Source of the DNA: Blasia pusilla
Taxonomy: Eukaryota
Direction: 5' to 3'
Length of the DNA stretch: 64,000 bases
Assembly: GCA_050084515.1 (NCBI GenBank)
Contig: CM114271.1
Span: forward strand, 7,998,001 to 8,062,000
Part shown: positions 1 to 13,389 of the stretch, in pieces
Layout of the letters: each line of letters opens with the position of its first letter
Position numbering within the stretch: position 1 is the stretch's first letter
The notes under the pieces: model-generated
What the model was told of the DNA's origin: nothing
What the model saw: only the letters and a program-made list of their open reading frames with translations
Databases searched by the model: none
Program-made: the position numbers and the translations under genes

Positions 1-617
1 TTGATGCAAGAAAGAGGACCAGAGAAGTTGTGATCGAGCTTGGCCAAGATTCCAAACCTGGACAAGCACTGGATGAAGGCGATAGAGGCAATACATCACT
101 TCAAGACATTGGGAAACACCAGAGGAAATCCAACCACACCAATTCTTACTCTCCATTTTCTCGTACCAATCTGTCTTTATCAGATATGAATAGGAACTTT
201 GATGATGCATTTGTGAAGATTTTCATGCGCCCTGTAGGAAACAAGGCACCTAAATCTCATAAGGGAACATTTTCAGAGTTGCAAGAGTTGTCAACCAGGT
301 TGAAAGTAATCTCAGATGTTTGCATTACAATGGAGTCTATTGTGAAGGGATTTCAGAATCAACAAATTTTGCTAGGCAAGCTAGAAAGTTACCGTTTAGA
401 AAAAACCATTGATGGTTTGCCGGAAATCATTGAGAAGTTTGTGTTACAAGTGAAAGCTCTTTTGACAGATGAGAGTATCGTACAATTGATGATGGAAAAC
501 AGCGAGGTTTTGCAATGTTTAGATCAGAATGGTAGTGCTTGGGAATTTCTACGAGCTCGGATTTCCTTTGATCTTTGCCCCAAGAAGTTTAGGCATCCAG
601 TTCTTCATCAATCTTGA
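1..617 (+). CDS. Partial ORF of unknown function, open from the window edge (possibly the last exon of a host or TE gene)
   Basis: About 200 uninterrupted codons in frame 3 ending ...PKKFRHPVLHQS*; no recognisable motif. Confidence 0.3.
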   Translation, partial: DARKRTREVVIELGQDSKPGQALDEGDRGNTSLQDIGKHQRKSNHTNSYSPFSRTNLSLSDMNRNFDDAFVKIFMRPVGNKAPKSHKGTFSELQELSTRLKVISDVCITMESIVKGFQNQQILLGKLESYRLEKTIDGLPEIIEKFVLQVKALLTDESIVQLMMENSEVLQCLDQNGSAWEFLRARISFDLCPKKFRHPVLHQS

Positions 618-829
618 ATCCAGATTATCTCAGACAACATTTATTTGAGCTTTATTTTGGTTGTAGGCTTGGCATACTTGGGAGATGATCTTATGTATCT
701 ATCTGTCACACAGATATTCTAATAACTTTATGATCAGAAATCAATTACAGAATCGTGTGTTTTCATGATATTTCCTTTATCATATCCTATTCATGGTCTG
801 CTAAGTCTGTATTGAAATACACCTACACA

Positions 830-1400
830 TGCACTATACACACTATGCTTTTAGCTGAAAGCACTGAACATGTTGAAGATGATTGCATAATGCCTTCCCT
901 TCCATAAATTCCAAGTTGTTGGAGTACTTTATATTGCATACCATAATGGATCCAAAAAACATCGTGACACGTTAGATTTAGATAGCTAATCTCTTGAATA
1001 GTTTGGGTAAATTTGAGGATCTGCCCAACACATAGTCCAAATTGTATGAGCAAAATATTTACATGGCTTGAAAAGATAAATATTTTATGTATAAAAGGAT
1101 TGATCACTAGCAGGTTTTTTGACATACAATGTCAGAATACTTTCTGTTTTATACTTGCAATTGGAAATCCCATCTTCCAAGTGTTACATCCATCAAACCA
1201 TCTTGCCCATATCACATATGGGACCGCCACTAAGAATATACGAAGCATATAAGTATTTCCTCAATGGGAATGCTATAATGCTTTCTTTCTCATGCCAAAA
1301 TAATATGCGTCTGTGAGTTTGTGGCAAAGGTGGAATGTTCTTGTGTTCTTTAACATGTTTGCCAGATATAACCATTCTTTATAAAATTGCTTCATTTCAT
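830..1400 (-). pseudogene. Possible degenerate hAT-type transposase C-terminal fragment
   Basis: Minus-strand peptides VFWIHYGMQYKVLQQLGI...QSSST resemble the hAT dimerisation motif (WW..YG...LQ.LA...SSS), and LSGGPICDMGKMV resembles DG..P.MG.VY. Many stops and frameshifts. Confidence 0.35.
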
Positions 1401-2729
1401 GCTTGGTATATCACATAAGGAATGCCTACCAAATGGTCAGAACTTTATCCAATGTCAATTTAGGAAGTATATGACATAATATGAATCACAAGGACATTCA
1501 CTCTTCAACTTAAGAGTTAACCCTCTCTCAAGCAGTAGTACTTTTTACTACGTACTACATCATTCTCCTAGACTACACTGACAAAATCTACAATTTCTTG
1601 TAATATGCCTAATTTTGGCGACCAAACCTTAATATTCCGCCATCTTTCCTCCTCCTCGTCAATTTTCTTCTTGTATCTGGAAAGTTGTTCTTCCCACTGA
1701 TTTTCCATACACCATGCTAGAGCTTTAGCCTCTCTTTCTCCTCTTCCTCATCAATTGCACATTCGATGTAGAACTTGGCAACTTCCTCTGCAAATTGTTT
1801 TAACTCTTATTCCAATTCCTCAATTTTTTCCAGCTCTATCTCTTCCTCTATACTAGCTCTTCTAATTCTCACTGGGGGGACTTTGTAGCCAAATTTTTTT
1901 CATCTGATTCACTTGGAGGCATACGCCTTCAGTAGGTACCCTTCATTGACAACATAAACAACACAAGTTAAAATATCACCACCACTCAGTTAAAGCAAGT
2001 TTCAAGGTCTATAATGTATTTGAAGCAATTATCAAAAGAACAAATAATAGGATGATCAATTTTGACTTCATCAGCAACACTGGTGGTGTACATAGAAAAT
2101 GGTTTGATTATAAACTAGTCCACTTCTAATAAATTACATTTGCCTCAATAGTATCTACACCATCACAAGGAATACATTCCAGCTATCTAAGTGATTGTTC
2201 ACTCTAAATAACCTTCTCATAGGGTCGCCATGTGAGGGCTATCTCCTCATTCACGGACATCGTATTTTTTGTGAATGCTTCTCTTTCTTATGAGAACATA
2301 TGAAGTAAAATCTAGTATTTGAGATAATATATCTCAACCTGCTTGATCATACCTGACGAATGTGTTTGTCGACACATTCTTTCCAAAGTGGCTCTGCCTT
2401 CTCCTTAAAAATGATATATAACATTTACAATATTCACTCAATTGTACGTTACATACATATAGATCATTTTATTCAAACATCACACATGATAGCTTAATAC
2501 GCATAAGCATCTACCATTCAGAAAATCCTCTCTCATGAAATCGAAAGCATTATGATAGCCCCAAATTCCGATAGATCAGAAAGCACACCTCTTGCAACAT
2601 GGTCACTTTTGGCATCCACACCCAACCCAAACAACTCAACAGATAACATAAGTTGACATCCTCTACAATGGCTCTTGACTTCCCGTGATGAAAAAACTCA
2701 GCTAACAACGGAAGTAACATGATCAATTT

Positions 2730-5700
2730 ATTGAACCCATGACTTGTATACGCATCGGTGGGGAGGGATCAACATGTTCATAAATACGTTTGTCTTGTTC
2801 TGATGTTCACAAATATATTGAACCCATGACTTGTAAATTTTCGTGGAAAGCATTACAACATTGTCTAATGGGATACTCGCAAGGCTTTGCACTTCAAATT
2901 AACTATGAACCAAAATCTCCCCACGACATACCAGGAGAATGATTCCATTCACAGGGTTGAAGGAATGAATATGGACTAGACCATGCACAATGACACCCAA
3001 TGAATAGAAAAGCCCATCGCATGCCAACCTTGAAAATGGAAAGAATTCGGACTCTGTTCATGGAAAGCATTCTAACATTGTCTAATGGGATACTCGCAAG
3101 GCTTTGCACTTCAAATTAACTATGAACCGAAATCTCCCCACGACATACCTAGAGAATGATTCCATTCACAAGGTTGAAGGAATGAATATGGACTAGACCA
3201 TGCACAATGGCACCCAATGAATAGAAAAGCCCATCGCATGCCAACCTTGAAAATGGAAAGCATACGGACTCTATTCATGGAAAGCATTCCGACATTGTCT
3301 AATGGGATAATCGCAAGGCTTTGCACTTCAAATTAACTATTAACCGAAATCTCTCCACGACATACCAAGATTATGATTCCCTTCATAGGGTTGAAGGAAT
3401 GAATATGGACTAGACCATGCACAATGGCACCCAATGAATAGAAAAGCCCATCGCATGCCAACCTTGAAAATGGAAAGCATTCAGACCCTTTTCATGGAAA
3501 GGATTCGGACATTGTCTAATGGGATATTCGCAGGGCTTTGCACTTCAAATTAACTATGAACCGAAATCTCCCCACGACATACCAGGAGAATGATTCCATT
3601 CACAGGGTTGAAGGAATGAATATGGACTAGACCATGCACAATGACAACTAATGAATTGAAAATCCCATCGCATGCCAATCTTGAAAATGGAAAGAATTCG
3701 GACTCTGTTCATGGAAAGCATTCCGACATTGTTTAATGGGATAATCGCAAGGCTTTGCACTTCAAATTAACTATTAACCGAAATCTCCCCACGACATACC
3801 AAGAGAATGATTCCATTCACAGGGTTGAAGGAATGAATATGGACTAGACCATGCACAATGGCACCCAATGAATAGAAAAGCCCATCGCATGCCAATCTTG
3901 AAATTGGAAAGAATTCGGACTCTGTTCATAGAAAGCATTCGGACTCTGTTCATGGAAAGCATTCCGACATTGTCTAATGGGATAATCGCAAGGCTTTGCA
4001 CTTCAAATTAACTATTAACCGAAATCTCTCCACAACATACCAGGATTATGATTCCATTCACAAGGTTGAAGGAATGAATATGGACTAGACCATGCACAAT
4101 GACACCTAATGAATAGAAAATGCCATCGCATGCCAACCTTGAAAATGGAAAGAATTCGGACTCTGTTCATGGAAAGCATTCCGACATTGTCTAATGGGAT
4201 AATCGCAAGGCTTTGCACTTCAAATTAACTATTAACCGAAATCTCCCCACGACATACCAAGAGAATGATTCCATTCACAGGGTTGAAGGAATGAATATGG
4301 ACTAGACCATGCACAATGGCACCCAATGAATAGAAAAGCCCATCGCATGCCAATCTTGAAATTGGAAAGAATTCGGACTCTGTTCATAGAAAGCATTCGG
4401 ACTCTGTTCATGGAAAGCATTCCGACATTGTCTAATGGGATAATCGCAAGGCTTTGCACTTCAAATGAACTATTAACCGAAATCTCTCCACGACATACCA
4501 GGATTATGATTCCATTCACAGGGTTGAAGGAATGAATATGGACTAGACCATGCACAATGGCACCCAATGAATAGAAAATCCCATCGCATGCCAACCTTGA
4601 AAATGGAAAGCATTCAGACCCTTTTCATGGAAAGGATTCGGACATTGTCTAATGGGATATTCGCAGGGCTTTGCACTTCAAATTAACTATGAACCAAAAT
4701 CTCTTCACGACATACCAGGAGAATGATTCCATTCACAGGGTTGAAGGAATGAATATGGACTAGACCATGCACAATGGCACCCAATGAATAGAAAAGCCCA
4801 TCGCATGCCAACCTTGAAAATGGAAAGCATTCTAGCTCTGTCAAAACCAAGAGCGGCTCAATCGACCCTAAATTCGTGCGCTGCTAATTATGCTTATGGA
4901 AGGCATTCCGGACTCGCAGTAAGTATTGGAGCCCTGGCTGTCAACCTCGGGCCAAAAAAACCTGCGTGGGTTTATTACAGGAGGTACCTTGTACACCTTT
5001 GAAATGATTGAACCCGTCTATGGGTAATACACATCGGTGGGAAGAAATGAACGTCTTCATACACACGTTCGTCTTGATCTGATGTTCACAAATGTATTGA
5101 ACCCATTACTTATAAATTTTCATGGAAAGCATGCCGGCATTGTGTAATGGGATACTCGCAAGGCTTTGCACTTCATATTAACTATGAACCAAAATCTCTC
5201 CACGACATACCAGGATAATGATTCCATTCACAGGATTGAAAGAATGAATATGGACTAGACCATGCACAATGGCACCCAATGAATAGAAAAGCCCATTGCA
5301 TGCCAACCTTGAAAATGGAAAGCATTCTAGCTCTGTCAAAACCAAGAGCGCCTCAATCGACCCTAAATTCGTGCGCTGCCAATTGTGCTTATGGAAGGCA
5401 TTCCGGACTCGCAGTAAGTATTGGAGCCCCGGCTGTCAACCTTGGGCCAAAAAAACCTTCATGGGTTTATCACAGGAGGTACCTTATACATATGTGAAAT
5501 GATTGAACCCGTCTATGGGTAACACACATCGGTGGGGAGAAATGAACGTCTTCATACACACGTTCGTCTTGATCTGATGTTCACAAATGTATTGAACCCA
5601 TTACTTATAAATTTTCATGGAAAGCATGCCGGCATTGTGTAATGGGATACTCGCAAGGCTTTGCACTTCAAATTAACTATGAACCAAAATCTCTCCACGA

Positions 5701-6760
5701 CATACCAGGATAATGATTCCATTCACAGGGTTGAAGGAATGAATATGGACTAGACCATGCACAATGGCACCCAATGAATAGAAAATCCCATCGCATGCCA
5801 ACCTTGAAATGGAAAGCATTCTAGCTCTGTCAAAACCAAGAGCGCCTCAATCGACCCTAAATTCGTGCGCTGCCAATTGTGCTTATGGAAGGCATTCCGG
5901 ACTCGCGGTAAGTATTGGAGCCCTGGCTGTGAACATCGGGCCAAAATCTTCGTGGGTTTATCACAGGAGGTACGTAATACACCTGCGCAATTCTATCTAC
6001 TTACCCATCTAGTTACCTACCTGATACAGTCTGTGCAATGACGAGCATGTTCATAAAATGTACACAAACCTCACCTTCACGTTGAGATAGAAGGAGGAGA
6101 TTCAAAAATACATTTGAAGCCAATACGAAGCAATCCCACTCATGCCAAGAAGGAATAGGACCATGAACGGAACGAAGCTGGATCAACAATACAGAGCCAA
6201 CATGACCATGAACGAAGAAGTGGCATTTTGAATTTGACCAATGAACATCCATATTAGAAAAGAAAACACCAATGGCTACATCTCTAAATAATATGCTAAC
6301 GCGCGGAACCTATTACACTCGGACGAGAATCGGATGAATAAAACAGTTGATCCAAATCCCCTTAAAGCACGCAAATTGACCCTAAATTCATGCGCTGCCA
6401 AATGTGCTTATGTAAGGCATTCCAGACTCGCAGTAAGTATTGGAGCCGCGGGTGTCAACATCGGGCCAAAATCTTCGTGGGTTTATCCCTGGAGGTACGT
6501 AATACACCTGTGCAATGATTGAACCCTTCCTCTTGTTCTCATGTTCGTAAAATGTACACAAACCTCTCCTTCACGGACGGACAAAGGAGAATCAACAATG
6601 TTCGTATTGAAGCCGATACGAACGATCCCACTCGAGCCAATAATGAATAGGACCACGAACGAAGCAAGATCATCAATACAGAGCCAACAGGACCATGAAC
6701 GAAGAAGCCAAAACGTTCAGAAATTAGCGCCTGTTGAAAATGCAAATACGGAGCAGGTTG
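2730..6760. repeat. Tandem satellite-like array: 217-bp monomer with 241-bp variants, grading into a 495-bp unit
   Basis: Anchor (a/g)ggctttgcacttca recurs at 2881, 3098, 3315, 3532, 3749, 3990, 4207, 4448, 4665, 5160, 5655 (spacings 217x4, 241, 217, 241, 217, 495, 495). More diverged ~500-bp-spaced segments occur at 5851/6376 and 6047/6541. Confidence 0.95.
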
Positions 6761-7882
6761 AGGCAACATGACCACGAATGAATTGCAAACAAGCTCCCTC
6801 AGGCCTCAACGAACGAGTTCCATACAAAATCCCTCAGGGCAGGCGGGGTCACTACCTCTCCAATGCGCCAGCAATACGAACATAGCGGGGTCACTTTCCA
6901 ACATGGAAGGCTGGAATGAAATTTGCCCAGAGTCTTGCTACTGATTTATAGCGTAGTACATTTGAATTTCAAATCTGTCACGGTGCGATGGCATGCACTC
7001 ACCATCCGCATGCCATTTACATGCGTATGAGACCCTGCCATCCCACATAAGAACGGATATCCATCTTCGGATATCTGGTGCCGACCCTGAATAGTGCCGC
7101 CGCCGGAAAGTTTTACCACGGGCATTACTAGAGACGATCCCGATTCCGAGCAGGCAATACGGGGTGAAAGGACCCGTCACTCATACACGGCCCACGAGGC
7201 AGCAATAACACCTCTGATCTCTCGGACTATCGTGAGGGGCCTTCTTCGATTTAGACAAGGGGAGCTACAGTCGAGCTAGACATTAATATGTCGTATTTAC
7301 CAATGCGCGCATGAAAGTCTGCATCTGCCAGGAAAGGTGTCACGGAACCCTTGTGCACACCAACATCCCGCCGGAATTTATGCCGACAAAGATCAGTACT
7401 CTAATACTCTTAAAGCACATTATAGTTTGGTTTAACGAAAACGGCGTCACCTAAACGAGCCACCTGCTTGTGTAGCTGCGTCACCAGTCAATTCCAATGT
7501 TATCGGATGAAACGTCGCTTTCATCTCGCTTATCCGGTCTTGACACAGCCTGTCAGTGCCATGGCTCCGGAATAATAACCCGTCGCTGACATAGAAGTGA
7601 ATATGGACTCAGAATTCTCGACAGGAATGTGAAATTTGAAAGGAGAATTCACAAACTGATACTCATTAGATACGGAAAACCACACATTCGCATCCCACAG
7701 CAACCGATATTTCCGTGGTCCTCCCAGATGAAATTCGCCTACGTCAGTAGAGGCCCGACTGCAATGGCCTCCTCTCTCGCTAGCACGCCGAAGATTGTTG
7801 AAACTTCGCACGACGTCTTCACGAATGTTGCAAAGGTGCAACTACAGCTATGTTACTAAACTGATAGGATACCCCAGGAATG

Positions 7883-10317
7883 TCACTCGCTCTCGTTATA
7901 AGCCTTCGCTACGGCCCTTCCTTTTTCGAGGATGGGTGCAGGTACGGTCGCCAGAAGCCTGCACACAGACGAGGACGTCAGCCGAGACTTCAAACAAGGA
8001 CCAGCTGAGATTTTATACTTCTGGCCGATCGTTTCATTGTGTAAAGAGCGAAGCAGAAGAGTTTCGCGCGATGTCATTTCTTATTTTAAATACCTGTCCA
8101 AAGCTGTGACAGCTGCTACAACACTCTGCTTCATCTTTTCGACCGGTGCTGACTGCGACCTTGACGCTTGAAACAAAAGTGAATCCAAATCCTCCAAGGC
8201 ACTGCCGTGGACAACCAGAGCCACCAGTGAACAACCATTTTGCGATCACTTTTACCAGTCTCTCCTTCCAGAACATGTCAACGGGCCAACTCATGGCCCC
8301 GTATTTGCCAAAACCCTCACCATCGCCGTGCTCGAAATTGAAGCCCATATTCATGGCAAAAAGCTTCCAACAGCAAAGAGTAATCACGTACGTCCACACT
8401 ATCAGAGAAGAGTTTCAAGTCCCGCACTTTTGACACGAATCAAATTTACAGCCAGTGGTTGAACCACGATACCTGAGACACTGATCTACAGCTGCAGTCG
8501 CACCACCATCATTCCCCGCTTCTGCAGCGTATTGGGCAACCTACAAAGAGATTCACTCCGTAACTAAGCCACGGCTGCACGACCAAGAGCGAAAAGGGAA
8601 GTAACCATCTGGTCAAAAGACTCTCCCAATACACCCCTTTAGCAGATGCAGTGTACAGTTCCTGCTTGAAAAAAGAAAGTTGGAGAACAAGGCCCAGCCA
8701 CGTGTTCCCGGAGGCAGCCTCATAATAGTGTCCCAATCAAATCACAGGACAGATGGTAAAGTAACAGTAAGCCTTGCTAACTTACAGCTCGTATGTCTGT
8801 GCGCAGAGAAGCTGCGGGTCCATTGCGCAGCAAAGATCGAGCATCTGCAAATTTCGAACTCTCGCCTTCAAGCTTGCCATCTATTCCACATGCTCAATTG
8901 ATCAGAGGAGGAGAGAAGCCACGGATCCCCTGCGAAAGACGACAGGAAGAGCAGCTAGGGAAAGAAAGGTGCAGGAGCGGGTAGGCGATCCTCACCAACT
9001 TCTTGAATTTGTGATTGGGCCAGGAGGATAGTCGGAACATATGTCTCTAGCGGATCCAGTTTCTTCCTGGAAATCCCATGCGAAAGGGTACAACCGCGCA
9101 TCAGAGTCATTGCTTAAAAACACGACATTTAGACGCCGGTCGCATTCAACTGCGGAGGGGTAGTAGAATGGGCACCGGCATGCCACCACAGCCTACTTTC
9201 CAACTTGCACTTTGCGCAGTCGTTTAGAACTCACTAAGTAGAATCCATCGCAATCGAAGTACCTGCTCTCGAGGTAAGACAACTGGACCTTAATAACACG
9301 TTCCAAACACATACCAAACGACCGACACGTAGTCTACCTTCGCATTATATTTCAGGCAGTAGAGACAGCGATATCAACAAGAGTAACTACAACTGCCACG
9401 TCTGATGGTAAAAGCAGAACCTGAACAAAAAGTTGTCGTTTGCACCTCTTTATGTACTTTTCCAAAGGCCCCAAACCTTGAGCAGCCTTTGCCTCTACAT
9501 TCAGATACGGCAACAATCAAGTCAATTAAGCTGGTCAGCTTCTTCATCCCATGTATAATTCTGACGAAGTACAGGTGAAAGTGGAGAAAGTGGCGTTGCC
9601 CATCGTTAGACCATCCCACACATAAACTCCAAACAGGCACTTGTGAAGAGTAACTTCGAAATTCAACTTGCAAATTATGTAAACCTTCTGCCTTTCTTTA
9701 TGTGAGAATTCCTGAAAGTGAAGTCAATTTATCCAGCTGCAACAAATTGTGATCAACTAGCAACCCAAGCAAGGTTTATCCCACGCCAAGGCTGCTCGAA
9801 ACTGATTCGACGCACGGAGCGAGAACTACTCCCGACAGATGTATGGATAAACAATCACTTCACGGCTTTTCCGCAAATGTCACGCTCACCCTGTTGATTC
9901 GCGAAAGAGAACAGGAAAAACTCCCACCCATCCCATTCCAGATAAGATGGAGAAACAAGAATTTCATAGCATTTCCAAGAAGGCCATCGTACCACGTTGA
10001 TTCGAGACATAGATCAGCAAAGTTCCCACCAATGCCATTCCAGCTAGCCTCCTCCCGCATTCACGGCCAATAGCAATTTCCGACGACTCGCTTGACTCTT
10101 GAACCACGCAGCGAGCAGCTCTAGTCTCAAAAACATTACTCCGTCCTTTTCTCCGCAGCCGACTCCCCATTATTCGCAGCTGAACCTTGCGCAACGCGGC
10201 ACCTTTCATGCCCGCAGACATGGACAAATTCCCGGAGGAAATCGGAGATTTTTCCCGCTGACAGATTTCAATTCGGCACTCGCGTTGTGGAGAGAAGCTA
10301 CTCCTCAAGCACGCCAT
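7883..10317 (-). CDS. Conserved plant chloroplast protein, probably thylakoid-lumen (Tat-targeted), function unknown; 7 exons, 263 aa
   Basis: Manually spliced exons 10317-9993, 9494-9446, 9066-8996, 8880-8786, 8540-8473, 8201-8094, 7958-7883; all introns GT-AG, phases consistent, 792 nt in total. Ser/Arg-rich transit peptide, then GRRLAGMALVGTLLIY...EAKA, then LEKYIKRKKLDPLETYVP...RSLLRNGPAASLRTDIRAVAQYA...VDQCLSALEDLDSLL...LLATVP..ILEKGRAVAKAY, which I recognise as a conserved land-plant uncharacterised family. Confidence 0.9.
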
Positions 10318-10319
10318 TC

Positions 10320-10810
10320 TGGCAACCCCTCTCTCGCTTCCCTTCCACTCTCAGAATTGGCGAAACGTCCTCTCAAATCAATCTACTCTCGTTCCACTCA
10401 GAACCCGTCCATCTCCTTATTATTCCGTTGGAAACACTTCCGAGTCTTTCGGCAGTCCTTTCACGATATATCCATACCTTCTTCTCTCGGCCGTACGCGC
10501 AACCATCCTATTCCACGGGAAAACCACCCCAATCCACCTCTCGCTCTATCGCGCGGTCCTTCTCATAACTCAATCTTCCGAAGGCCTGTCACACGCGAGA
10601 GGCAGAAGAGAGGGAAGAGAGAGAGAGAGAGGATAAGGAAGAAACGGGGTTTCTTCTCGGCTACGGCGGACGGAGAAACATGCGGGATACGTCCGGCTAC
10701 AAACGCGCACATTGCCGTCTTGACTTTTACCGCATTTCCGTCTTGACGTTTACGGCTCGACCTTCGAGTGCTTCCTTCCTTATCTCCCACGTCAACTGCC
10801 AAATTTTTTC
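10320..10810 (-). promoter_or_regulatory. Probable 5'UTR/promoter of the plastid-protein gene (CpG-rich, CT-repeat tract)
   Basis: High CpG density compared with flanking TE DNA; (GA)n at ~10607-10632 reads as a pyrimidine tract on the transcribed strand, typical of plant 5'UTRs. Confidence 0.45.
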
Positions 10811-12147
10811 CGCCAAACTAAGATCCCATGGGATCAACGAGAATGAAAACAACATTAAATTTTAATAGAAATTTTGTTGGAAAACCATCGCGATACAAAG
10901 GAGGGGGGCATAGAGAGCAAAAAACCTGCGGACCAAAATCGGCCCTAAGAGACAAAGGGGGTCTTCCCTCCCAGGACCAAACTCACCAACATCAGAAATT
11001 ATATTAGCACCACCTAAAGAACTATGGCTACTACTAAGCGGGTCTCTAGCATTGACGTCTTCAATTGCCTGAGCCTGCCGCCAAAGCTCATTTTCCTGGG
11101 CACGCTGCAAAGTTATGGAGACATGTTGCATACAATAAAGAATCGCACTGGCTAAAGAAAACTCATTTCTCGAGTGGCGCAATCCGTAAGGAACGAGTCA
11201 AACCTCTCCCCCATAGCCCTGTACATCTCAATGGCTAGGGGGGTAAATCGATGTATGTCATGCATCAGAGCAATATGCATTAGTTGCCATCTACGTCGCT
11301 TATCCATTACCAGTGGGCAACCCATGTCATGCACAAGAATTATGTTGTGCACAAATTATTTATTTTTATTATATGTAAAGGGGGAAACATCTTCTTGTTG
11401 TCTGGTTGCCACATGCCAAGTAAAGAGGTGTTTGCAAATCAAGAAGGCACTCTCCAATAATAATTTAAATTGACGGTTAAAACATGGAGATTGAGGCTTT
11501 AGAGATTGTTGGCGGGGGTATATGTGAACAGCGTTGCTGAAGGTGAATATGGTGGAATGTTCTATATATAACATTGTGGAGAGCCTTCTTTGTTTGAAGA
11601 GTTGCACTCCAAGTGTGGATGCGCAAATGATGTCATTACTAGATTTGCGCAAGAAATTTTGATTTTAAACTACATGCCTTGTTAGAAGCAATAGAAGGAA
11701 ATGACATATACTCAAGGTCATAATTGTCGCGCGCATACACATCGCTACACAACCCATATCGTTGGTCACATCTACACACACACAACACCGATCTTCCCAA
11801 CACACGGCTCGATCCATCCATAAACCAAACAACTCACACATATACATCAAGACCCCACAACAAAAAAAATAAGAGTAAAAATGGCACACCCGGCCTAAAA
11901 CTCCACTCCTAGATCTACATTGGCATATTGAGCCTCTTCCATCATGTGCTATCAAGGAATTCAGACACTAGCACCCTGGTCCTATCTCACACATGAACAA
12001 GAAAGGTGCTCCAACGGCCCAACATGGGAAAGATGGCTTGGGAAAGCCATCTCCTGAAAATAGCAATCCTCTTGGTAACTTGCACGTACAAGTTACCAAG
12101 GGCGGGTGATCTGCTCAACAAGTCACCCGGTTATGAAAGACCCAAAC

Positions 12148-12990
12148 TATCGTGCACCTACTCTCCTTAAACGTAAATCTTTAATGTTGCAGAAGCATGC
12201 TTTCAATTGGACACACTCTCAATCTTGATCTGCACCCAAACACGCACTCACGTTAATCAAGTATGGGTCAATCAGTGTTCTAACTTTCCAAGTCCTCGAC
12301 TCGGCCTCTTATCAAGCTCAACCTTCCTAGTTTCGCGGTTTACAATGCATGCAAGTCTTTCAAGACTTGGGACACACTTTTTGATCAGTTCACGGACCTC
12401 AAATAGCGTTTGCACGCATGGCGGTCCCAACTGTCCAATGGACATTTGATGAGTCCCTAACCCCGACTTACAAAATTGATTTGCGGGTTGGAATCCAAGT
12501 GTGGCTTACAAAATCCACTCCCTTAGATCAGGTTTGGGTTTCGAGTTCCAACGCCAAATTCCCGTTCCATCCCGTGCCCTTGAGACGCCTTTTGGCACTC
12601 AAAGTGTGGTTTGGGTTCCAAGAATCCTTAGAGACACTCCCCCTTACTATCACTTCTGGGGATCTCCGCCCTCTCCTAAATTTAGGGAAAGCAAGTCGGG
12701 CCCCTCAATTTGGCCCCTAAACGCTAGTCGCGTTCCAAATCTGGTTATCACCTCTTTAGCAACTAACCTTCCTAGACTCAACTCATTTCAAGTCTTGGTT
12801 CACTTTTGGTCTAGATTTCTTGGTCACGACCATAAATGCATGAAAGACACAAAATCTCTTGCGTGTTTCGTCTCTTGGACTTTTCCAAGAGACTTCTCCA
12901 AAGCACAATCATCGTAGCGTGAGCACACTAAAGTTCTAATGTTTTGCTTGGCGTCTGTTTCGTGTTTTTTTGGATATGAATGTCACGACA
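12148..12990 (-). mobile_element. Solo LTR, family X
   Basis: Homologous to 22489-23514, 34748-35517 and 59614-60044; ends ...CACGACA; 5-bp TSD CAAAC/TAAAC; the empty site is visible in the sister repeat at ~18301-18312. Confidence 0.85.
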
Positions 12991-13389
12991 TAAACAAGAA
13001 AGTTTCCAAACATGACATTCCTAACACAACGGATCTATCCTCGACCTCATCTAACACCTCGGGATGAAGGTACACTCAAGACAGTCTGTTGGCTCTCTAT
13101 GTCGTCGCCACGATAGATCTCTACCTATCGGCTACTAAGATGCGATCGTTTTTGTGCGCATACACATCACTACATAACCCACATTTCTGGTCACATCTAC
13201 GCACCACACAACACCGATCTTCCCAACACACGGGTCGATCCATCCATGAACCAAACAACTCACACATATACATTGAGATCTCACAATTGTCCTCCTAGTT
13301 GGCACTTGGGTCCCCCCAACTCCAGATAGCACACACATATGTACCCGACATGATCTACTATCTTATACACATCTAGCACTATTGATGCC

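Noticed and set aside
2903-6012. Repeated 68-75 aa ORFs (MQSLAIIPLDN...) as a peptide gene family
   Set aside because: By-products of the tandem array: non-ATG starts, a 217-bp period that is not a multiple of 3, and stops in some units.
10099-10746. 215-aa plus-strand ORF
   Set aside because: Antisense to exon 1 and the 5'UTR of the spliced gene; low-complexity, GC-rich, no motif.
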